Below, piece by piece: positions 16,983 to 25,100 of a stretch of DNA of 25,689 bases; within the stretch, counting starts at the first letter, position 1; the number at the start of each line of letters is the position of its first letter. The stretch comes from a virus (taxonomy: Duplodnaviria > Caudoviricetes). Where the stretch lies: IMG/VR virus record IMGVR_UViG_3300032218_003490, positions 1 to 25,689 of that record. One strand, written 5' to 3'. Made by a program: the position numbers and the translations under genes. The notes below the pieces were generated by a model, which saw only the letters and a list, made by a program, of their open reading frames with translations, did not search any database and was not told the origin of the DNA.

Positions 16983-17456
16983 TTATTTAACCATATTTTT
17001 GCTTATTGCAAAATTATATAAAACTGGTAGATTCAAATATTTCATAAATCCATTTCTTATATCTGATAGTTTTTTTGATTTTTTAATTATATTAATTATT
17101 AAGAATCCAAATTCTTCTTGGAATTCTAAGTAACAATCACACCAAGGTCTATTATAGTGATTTAGTGTTGACCATTCTGAATTACCCCCTGATAACCAAA
17201 ATAGTGACTTCTCAGGTGTTATATACTCATATATTATTTTTTTGTCTAACTCCATGTCCCAAATAGAATCATTCCATTCTACTTTTCTCATCAAGATTGA
17301 TACTGCTTCAGCTACATCTGTTGTGGATTCTCCACCAATTTCGAAAAAATATTCGTTTTCTTTTTTTGAAACATTTAAGATGTTTTGATTCAAAATTTCC
17401 TTATCTCTTCTAATTTCTTCTTTAGAAATTTGTAGATCAATTCTTTTTCTCTTCAT
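16983..17456 (-). CDS. Hypothetical protein
   Basis: 157-aa ORF in an operon with 17467..17769, followed by a terminator. Confidence 0.7.
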   Translation of the reverse strand: MKRKRIDLQISKEEIRRDKEILNQNILNVSKKENEYFFEIGGESTTDVAEAVSILMRKVEWNDSIWDMELDKKIIYEYITPEKSLFWLSGGNSEWSTLNHYNRPWCDCYLEFQEEFGFLIINIIKKSKKLSDIRNGFMKYLNLPVLYNFAISKNMVK

Positions 17457-17466
17457 ACTAAAATAA

Positions 17467-17769
17467 TTATTTTTTTATATCTTGTAATAGATTAACTCCG
17501 TCTTCCCATTTCCCTCCAAAATTACCGTTTTCCCATATACCGTTTTCCCAGTTGCCATAAAAGCTACCGTCTTTAAATATACCGTAATACCAGTCTCCTG
17601 TATAGAAACTACCATTATTCCAAATAAGTGTTTTATTTTTTATTTCAAGTTGAGCATTCTCGATTTCTGAGTCGATTAACCAGTAAAAATTTTGCTCTCT
17701 AAGAATATCGTTTATTTCAGACTCGTTTGTGTATGTCTTACTTTGATATTTTAATTCTATATACCTCAT
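17467..17769 (-). CDS. Hypothetical protein with [WF]xxG short repeats
   Basis: WNNGSFYTGDWYYGIFKDGSFYGNWENGIWENGNFGGKWEDG. Confidence 0.7.
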   Translation of the reverse strand: MRYIELKYQSKTYTNESEINDILREQNFYWLIDSEIENAQLEIKNKTLIWNNGSFYTGDWYYGIFKDGSFYGNWENGIWENGNFGGKWEDGVNLLQDIKK

Positions 17770-17880
17770 ACTAAAAATATGATTTTGTTATAGTATATAT
17801 TCTATTTTTTTTATGTCAAAACCGGAATCGAGGTTTTTGGTGAAAAAATGAAGGGTGTAATAAAAAAAATATATTTAAAA

Positions 17881-17912
17881 TTAAAAAACCGGATATATGT
17901 CCGGTTTTTTAA
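17881..17912 (-). terminator. Rho-independent terminator
   Basis: TTAAAAAACCGGA-N6-TCCGGTTTTTTAA downstream of 17944..18408. Confidence 0.8.
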
Positions 17913-17943
17913 GATTTATGAAAAAATAGGTTATTTCAATTTA

Positions 17944-18408
17944 TTATTGGTTGTTCAAAAAGTCTAATTCAGCTTTAGTTAAAGACTTCATACCTTTGTT
18001 AGTAATCTTGTCTAGGATAGTGTCTACATCTAAAACCACATTGAATTCAGCGATTAAATCATCGATAGTAACATTAGAAACTTCAACATTGTTTTCAACT
18101 TTAGTTTCAACAACTTTAGTAGCTTTTGGCATCTTTGGAGTTTTGATTGGTTGAATTTTATACAAAGCGTCTTTTTCTTTTTTAGTAATTGGACAAAATC
18201 TAGTAGCGATTTGCGGAGTATCACTATCAGTAGTAGTAAAAGCGATAAGATAGTCACCACCAGCCTCAACCCAAATTTTAGAAGCGTCTGATTTAAGTTC
18301 AACCATAGTATTAAAGTCTAATTTATAAACTTCAGAGATAGCTTTCAATTGTTGCTCATTGTGAGACTTCAAACTGATACAGATTACTTTGTTGATATTG
18401 AATTTCAT
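17944..18408 (-). CDS. Hypothetical early protein with C-terminal DUF6576-like motif
   Basis: C-terminus LDVDTILDKITNKGMKSLTKAELDFL; host-type promoters upstream. Confidence 0.7.
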   Translation of the reverse strand: MKFNINKVICISLKSHNEQQLKAISEVYKLDFNTMVELKSDASKIWVEAGGDYLIAFTTTDSDTPQIATRFCPITKKEKDALYKIQPIKTPKMPKATKVVETKVENNVEVSNVTIDDLIAEFNVVLDVDTILDKITNKGMKSLTKAELDFLNNQ

Positions 18409-18439
18409 AGTCTTCTTTTTTAGTGGTTATTTTGTTATA

Positions 18440-18470
18440 CAAATATAAGGATAATTCTTGAATCTACAAA
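18440..18470 (-). promoter_or_regulatory. Bacteroidota sigma-A type promoter TTTG-N19-TATATTTG
   Basis: Minus strand TTTG-TAGATTCAAGAATTATCCT-TATATTTG matches the -33/-7 consensus. Confidence 0.75.
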
Positions 18471-18523
18471 TTTTATTTATTATTTTTTTGTTTTATGACT
18501 TTTCTTTAATCCTTAATTGTATA

Positions 18524-18554
18524 CAAATATACGGATTATATTCAAATAAAGAAA
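18524..18554 (-). promoter_or_regulatory. Second, tandem Bacteroidota-type promoter (TTTC-N19-TATATTTG)
   Basis: Exact -7 TAnnTTTG element; the flank repeats the 18437-18455 sequence. Confidence 0.55.
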
Positions 18555-18604
18555 ATTTAAGTAAAAGTATTTTAATATATATGTTGAAAAAATTATATAA
18601 TTAT

Positions 18605-21487
18605 ATGAAGTATCTTAGTAATAGAGATGAATTCCTTAAAAGAAGCTTAAATAAAATTGACGAATATAAGTCTATAGAGATTGATATAGAGAAATTAAAC
18701 GAAGCTGATAATAGTGGCCCATTTGCTAATGATATCCCTTGGAATGACTCACTATTAGGTAGATTAATAAACTCTACTATAAGAAAAGCTAAGATAGGTA
18801 TTAACCTAGTTAGAATAAAAGCTGTTAACAGAAGACTTGAGGACGCATTTGAAGATTTATTAGGAAGCTCAATGACTGCTGAGATGTCCGAAGAGGATAA
18901 AAAGAATAAAACCAAAGTATTAGTATTCAAATTTTTAGAAGAACTTGAAAAAGAAGTTAAAGCTGGTGGTAATGTAGGTGAAATAAAAAGACTTACAGAT
19001 GCTGCTATTAAAAATATATCAGAAGTAGAAGATCTTGAGAATAAAGAATCTTTAATAAAACAACTTGAAGACTTTAAAAAGTTCTTAGAACAATTTAAAG
19101 ACACTGAAGGTGGTAAAGAAGGCGAAGAAGAAGGAAAAGAAGAAGGATCTGATAAAGAAGGAAAAGAAGAAGGATCTGATAAAGAAGGAAAAGAAGGAGT
19201 TGAAGGAGAAAAAGGTTCAGCAGAATCTATGTATCCTACTATGGTAAAAACTTTGAAATCATTAGCCTTAGTAATATCTAATTATAAACAAGTTAAAATG
19301 GGTGATGTTAAAAAACCTGAAAATCTAAATAAAGCTAAGATAACATATACTACTAAAGCAGGTGATACTATTGAAAAGATTCAAAAAGACACAACTGCTA
19401 ATCCAAAAAAATTAGCAGCAACTGATATTAGAGCTAAAAATACTCAAGTTTTAACAAAATACCCTAAAGATAATGTTACTATGCCAGCTGGTTTAGTTCT
19501 TGTAATGGAAAGTTTTATGTTTGAAGCACTTGGTGAAGGTGGAAGTCCAGACAGAGCTAATATAAAAGGCGGTGAAGATCACTTAACACAAGCTTTTACC
19601 AAATTAAAGAAAGCTCTTGAAACACTAGAGTCTCCTAAAGATAAAGGAATTGGAGTAGATGTTAAGTTCTTAAATGAAATAACTTCAAAATCTTTAGATA
19701 CTAAGAATAAAGAAGTAATAAAATCTCTTTTCACAGAGGTTAATAGATATTTAGTTGGTGATAAAAAAGCAACATTAAATGCGGCTACAGACCCATTGTA
19801 TAAAGAAAGTATAGAAATAATATCAGACAAAAACAAAAAGATTATTGTTGCTGAAAAAATAGCTAGATTTACTAAAAGAGCTTTACAATTTGATGGAGAA
19901 GGTTTATATGGTGGTTTAGGAGAAACTGGTAAGAGTTTACAAGCATTTGTAGAGTCAATGAAGTCTATAATGACAATAAAACCAACTGAACAAAAGACTA
20001 CTGAAGAAACTACTTCAACAACTAAGTTTAAAGTTGGAGATATTGTAAAGTGGAAAAATAAAGACGGAGAAGTTGTTTCCAAAAAGGTTGAAAAGGTTAA
20101 AGACGGTTCTTATTACTTCACAAACAAAAAAGGTGAAGAATTCTTTAAACAAGAATCAGAATTAACAAAAGAATCTATTATTAGTAAGTATAGTTCATTC
20201 ATGTCTTATATAAAAGAAGCTGATGAAGACACAGAAGCATCAGATCCAGTTGTAATGACAACATCTCAAAAGATTATTGATTATTGGGAAAAGAAAATTG
20301 ATGTAAAAGAATTCACTTTAGAAAGAACTGAAGTAGATAAGATAGTTGCTAATTTTGAAAAGATGAATAAGAAAGAAGGAGAAGTTGTTATTCAAGGATT
20401 AGACCCTGTAATGGAAATTGTTAAGTTGTTCAATAGAGCATATAAGTTACACACAACACAAGTTATTCCAACTGGAAGAAGCGGTGGTAAAGTTTCCAAT
20501 AAAACATTTATGGAATACACATCATTTGGTGGCAATTCTGATCCATCAACAGCAGGTGCTAGTGGAGGACCATATAGAAACAATGCAATATTCAACCAAT
20601 GGGAAAATGCTGTATTAAACATTATGAAATCAACTAAATATCAAAAACTTTTTAGAGCAGAAACTAAATTAAAAACAGAATCGGGTAAAGTAATAGAGAA
20701 AGCTGGTCTATATCTAAGTAAGTTTATGAGAGATATGTTAGATGGTGATACTTTATACAAACAAGGAGCTCAAAGTAAATTTATAGAAAAGTATTTTGGA
20801 GAGGTTCCTGAAGGAGCATCACCTTATATTACAGGAAGTGATGATGGTGATGTAAATGATAAAAACTCTACTGATATGCCAGATCCTCTTAATTTACAAT
20901 TTAAGAAAGATCCAATTAAAATGGAAAAACTTGACGAGATGTTAGGATCTTTCTTTGCATGTGAAACTAAAGATGATAAAGGAAAAGGAAAACAGATTTA
21001 TTTCTATATTCAATCAGTAGATTCAGGATTTGCATACGTTACTTATTGTGAAAGTTTTAACTTCTTCAAAAGATATATTAAAGAGTCAGGACAAACACTT
21101 AAAGGAGATAACTTCAAAGGAAGTTTAGATAGATCAATTGAAGTAGATTCAAAAAATGGAGAAGAAGAATATCAAATTAGAGCCACTAAAATAAAATTAG
21201 TAGACTTAATTGACAAAGATGGTAAGTTTATTTTAACAGGTAAAAACTTTACTATTAAATACTTAACAAAGTATTCTAATAAAAAGAACACACCGGGACA
21301 ATCAGCAACTTCAGGAACTGAAGAGATGTCTATACAGACTTGTTATACTTTATGTAACGTAGATAAGGAAAATAAATTAACAAGATATACATTAACTAAA
21401 AATATATCTGATAAAATTAATACTATTGGTGGATTCCCTAATATTAAGGTAGATGGAATAAATAACACCACAATGGTTAGAAAATAA
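18605..21487 (+). CDS. Large (960 aa) multidomain putative virion protein with LysM domain
   Basis: Start at ATG 18605 (MKYLSNRDEF), just after the late motif at 18573-18581. LysM YTTKAGDTIEKI...IRAKN...PAGLVLV at about 19346-19504; SH3/KOW-like FKVGDIVKW at about 20027-20160. Confidence 0.75.
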   Translation: MKYLSNRDEFLKRSLNKIDEYKSIEIDIEKLNEADNSGPFANDIPWNDSLLGRLINSTIRKAKIGINLVRIKAVNRRLEDAFEDLLGSSMTAEMSEEDKKNKTKVLVFKFLEELEKEVKAGGNVGEIKRLTDAAIKNISEVEDLENKESLIKQLEDFKKFLEQFKDTEGGKEGEEEGKEEGSDKEGKEEGSDKEGKEGVEGEKGSAESMYPTMVKTLKSLALVISNYKQVKMGDVKKPENLNKAKITYTTKAGDTIEKIQKDTTANPKKLAATDIRAKNTQVLTKYPKDNVTMPAGLVLVMESFMFEALGEGGSPDRANIKGGEDHLTQAFTKLKKALETLESPKDKGIGVDVKFLNEITSKSLDTKNKEVIKSLFTEVNRYLVGDKKATLNAATDPLYKESIEIISDKNKKIIVAEKIARFTKRALQFDGEGLYGGLGETGKSLQAFVESMKSIMTIKPTEQKTTEETTSTTKFKVGDIVKWKNKDGEVVSKKVEKVKDGSYYFTNKKGEEFFKQESELTKESIISKYSSFMSYIKEADEDTEASDPVVMTTSQKIIDYWEKKIDVKEFTLERTEVDKIVANFEKMNKKEGEVVIQGLDPVMEIVKLFNRAYKLHTTQVIPTGRSGGKVSNKTFMEYTSFGGNSDPSTAGASGGPYRNNAIFNQWENAVLNIMKSTKYQKLFRAETKLKTESGKVIEKAGLYLSKFMRDMLDGDTLYKQGAQSKFIEKYFGEVPEGASPYITGSDDGDVNDKNSTDMPDPLNLQFKKDPIKMEKLDEMLGSFFACETKDDKGKGKQIYFYIQSVDSGFAYVTYCESFNFFKRYIKESGQTLKGDNFKGSLDRSIEVDSKNGEEEYQIRATKIKLVDLIDKDGKFILTGKNFTIKYLTKYSNKKNTPGQSATSGTEEMSIQTCYTLCNVDKENKLTRYTLTKNISDKINTIGGFPNIKVDGINNTTMVRK
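19128..19196 (+). repeat. 27-bp in-frame tandem repeat, about 2.5 copies (EGKEEGSDK)
   Basis: AAGAAGGAAAAGAAGAAGGATCTGATA repeated. Confidence 0.9.
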
Positions 21488-21488
21488 A

Positions 21489-22055
21489 ATGAAGCACTTA
21501 AAAAAGTACAAACTCTTCACAGAAGAGGCTGATTTCGATGTTAATATTACAGATGAACCAGATTTAAAAATGGCTAAAGAAAAACTTGCCACATTAAAAA
21601 CTAATCTATCTGACTATAAAACAAAAAAGCCCCTTATAGATACTGCTTACCTAACAATTAAAATAGATGCTGATTTACAGAAAAAAATTGAACAGATAAT
21701 AGGTAAAACAGATGCCCAATCTGGAAAAGATAGAAATCCTTTCTTAGTTGAGTATTTACATGTATCGAATCTTAAAAGAAAAATAAATAATTTACAAAAT
21801 GAATTGGTAAAAGATAAATTATCTAAAGATGATTTTACTGAAGAATTAAGTTTATCAGCTGAAGCAAGTACAAAAGCTTCTGTAAGTAGTAAAATAAGTG
21901 ATATAACCAATAGAATATCAACAAAAACAGCTAATATAGCGTCGTTGAGTAAAGAAGTGACTGACTCCGAGAAAGAGCTTCAAACAAAAATGTTTAGTGT
22001 AGAAAAAGAAATGCAAGATTATATTAAGAAAATATCATCTGAAGTACAAAAATAG
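21489..22055 (+). CDS. Coiled-coil hypothetical protein with MKHLKKYKLFTEE tag variant
   Basis: 188-aa ORF starting 1 nt after the 960-aa gene. Confidence 0.75.
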   Translation: MKHLKKYKLFTEEADFDVNITDEPDLKMAKEKLATLKTNLSDYKTKKPLIDTAYLTIKIDADLQKKIEQIIGKTDAQSGKDRNPFLVEYLHVSNLKRKINNLQNELVKDKLSKDDFTEELSLSAEASTKASVSSKISDITNRISTKTANIASLSKEVTDSEKELQTKMFSVEKEMQDYIKKISSEVQK

Positions 22056-22076
22056 AAAAAATATCATTTTTTACAT

Positions 22077-22086
22077 TTTATATATA
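22077..22086 (+). promoter_or_regulatory. Putative late promoter TTTATATATA (tail sheath)
   Basis: Motif variant about 31 nt upstream of ATG 22118. Confidence 0.55.
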
Positions 22087-22117
22087 CTACATAACATAAA
22101 AAAAATTATTAAAAAAT

Positions 22118-25100
22118 ATGGCAATTCAAATTGGAAAATACAAAAGACCAGGAATCTTCATAGAAGAATTTGACAACTCAATCATCACTACCCCTATAGT
22201 TGAAGGTATTACTAATATGGTTATTGGCGTTTCAAAAAAAGGTCCTGTTAACACACCTATTAGACTAACAACTGGAAATGATTTAGAATCTATTTTTGGA
22301 GCGTTAGATAGAGGATTAGAAAGAAAAGGTTCATTTTTCCACAGAACAATTAGTAAAATGTTGGAATCATCACCTGTCTACGCTATCAATCTTTTAAGCA
22401 CCGATGACACATTAGATGTAATTGAGTACAAATCATTATCGTCATCAGCTGTTTATAATAACGATATCGAAAGAGAGGGACCTTATAGAAGATTCTTTGA
22501 TACTACAGGTTTCTGGAAAAGAGACACTGAGTCTTTCATTAACTTAACTAAGTCAAATACTGGTTACGCAGACAGAGCGTTTAGTTTAACTAATCTATCT
22601 GATAAATATGTAACAGCTTTTGTTTTCAAAAGTCAAGTTGTCGGATTTGATAGAACTTTAGTTGAGTGGTATGGTTCTATAGATAAATTGCCTTCATATT
22701 TAAATGCTAATGATTACGCATCTGACTACTTAGTTGATGTTGTTGTTGTTAGTGGAGACTGGTCAGATTACCAAAACTTAGCCATAGATAATAGATGGAG
22801 TGCTTACTTCAATGCATCTGGTCTAGTAAAAGGACAAATTAGAAACTTTGCTAATGATAGAAATGTTACTTTATTAGCTTACTACGAAGGATTGTCTTTA
22901 ATTCCATATTTCAGAAATGCAGGTGGAACAAACATATTTATAGAAACTACTATCAATAGAGATACTGATAAAACTGGTTTATTCTGCGCATTCAACGCTG
23001 ACTTGGTTGAAACTGATTACTACAACGGTAGATTAGACTTAGTAGGTCAAACTATTGCTGGTATCAATGAAGCTGAAATTGAATTTTTATCATATAAAGA
23101 AAAAATTGCTGAGTCAATTGAGATTACAGCGGTTCCTCTTGACTTACCAGGTAACGTAACAGCACTTTTAGGTGGTGGATATGGTTACTCATCAGGTCAG
23201 AATCAACACGCATTTGTTGATGGTCTTAATAACCCATTAAGTTCTGGTATAGCTACAAACGCTAACAACAGAACAGCTTACTTTGCTGAAGGATATGTTT
23301 ACAATGTTGAATTGGGAGCTACTTCATCAGCATCAGCATCTATATCAGTTACATATAATGTAATGGATGGAGCATTCGCAGTGATAGGAAACACACAAGT
23401 TCCTGTTTCAGCTACTACATCACTTGTAATAGACGCTACTGACTATCCAAACACTGGTGTTACAACATCTTATGTATCTACATTTATTTTAGATTCAACT
23501 GGTGAAATATTAATTGTTAACAACTTAACAGGAGTTACAACTGGTTCACCAACTAAACCATCTGTAGCTGCAAGTGACATAGTTTTAGGATATGTTGAAT
23601 TCAAAATGATAGGTGGTTCAATAGCTAAAAATTTAACATCATTCAATGATATAAACGTTGATGATAATGGATTTGTTGATTTCACTTTCGGATCATCATC
23701 ATCTTATGACTATTTTATAGCAACTCAAAGTACTGCGGATTCAGGAGTAATTAAAATTGAATTCCACAATACAAATGCGGCACCTTCTACAAACAATTAC
23801 GCACAATATAGAAGATTCAAAATGTTTAACAGATTAGTGGATTTAATTGATTCACCTAATAAGAACAAGATGACTTTAGTTTTAGACACTGATGGAGTAA
23901 CTGGTGAAAAAGCTAGTTTATCTACAATGACAATATCAAATATTGTAACAGTATCAACATCTAATAAATCATTCTACTTAAACACTGGATTAACAGATGC
24001 TAAATTAGCTAATATATTAAATGGTACATTTATTATCTACACAGTAGATAATGAGTTCTTCTTAGGAACTGATTCAGTTATAACAAAAGATACTGTATCA
24101 ACTGGAACAGAAGGTATTGTAGCTAAATACTCTAAATTTTACTCAAGATTCTATGATGGTATCATAAACACTGGAGATTATTTCTATGGAAATAAAATTT
24201 CAACTCCTGGTGATACTTATACTGTAGTATTTATAGATGGAGAAGTAGCAGCTGGAACAACATCATCTTACGCAGGATTTAACTATGTTTTATTTGACGG
24301 AACTGATCTTGATTTACAATATGGTGACCAATTTATCATACCATCAGCTACTCTTAATACTGGTTCATTTACTAATATAAGTGGAACAAATGATTCTTTA
24401 AGTCCAACAGCCAGAGCAACAGCTCTTGGATACTCTGGGTACTACGCATATGAAGTAAATGAGGAAGTTGTATATGAAGAATTATTAAACGTAAGTTTAA
24501 TTTACGATTACTTAAAGAAACATTACTTAAAAATGTATTTGGATAATACAAATATATTAGAAGTAGCATTTATGGATGAAGGATTTACAGCAACTGAAGC
24601 AGTTGACGCAGAAGCTAACAACACATTCTTTATACAATCTGCTAAGTCCAACTTCAAACAAACGGTTGAAATTGAACTTCCAACAGGATATGTTCAAGTA
24701 CCTAATAAGATTCTTATTAAAGGATCAAGATACACTGAAGTTAAAGTTGGTGATTTCTTATCAGCATACTACGATGAAACATTGTTAAATGTTGGTGAAG
24801 TTCCAAGAAAACTTACAAGAATTTTAAGTAAGAAACAATATGCTGGTGACACATCACTAGTAGAAGTGACTTGTGACGCTAGAATCGCAACTACAAACTT
24901 TAGTGGTGATTTACAAACTACAAGATATTCTTCAATTGAGAATTACGCAACTACTTACAAAGCTATCTCTCTTAAAGGATTTAGAATTAGACAAGCTTCT
25001 TTACCTGATGGTACTGAAACTAGACAAAATGCTATACTTAACTTAGTTGCTAAAGGAACACCATTGTTCAAAGCATTAACTAACAAAGAAGCAATTGACT

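Noticed and set aside
13987-18302. Short ORFs 13987+, 15262-, 17951+ and 18054-
   Set aside because: Nested in better-supported genes, with no motifs.
18458-18604. N-terminal 49 aa of the 1009-aa ORF
   Set aside because: It starts at TTG and runs through the divergent promoter region; ATG 18605 follows the late motif.
19128-19196. Possible CRISPR-like repeat
   Set aside because: It is an in-frame tandem repeat with no spacers. No CRISPR array, tRNA or rRNA was recognised in the window.
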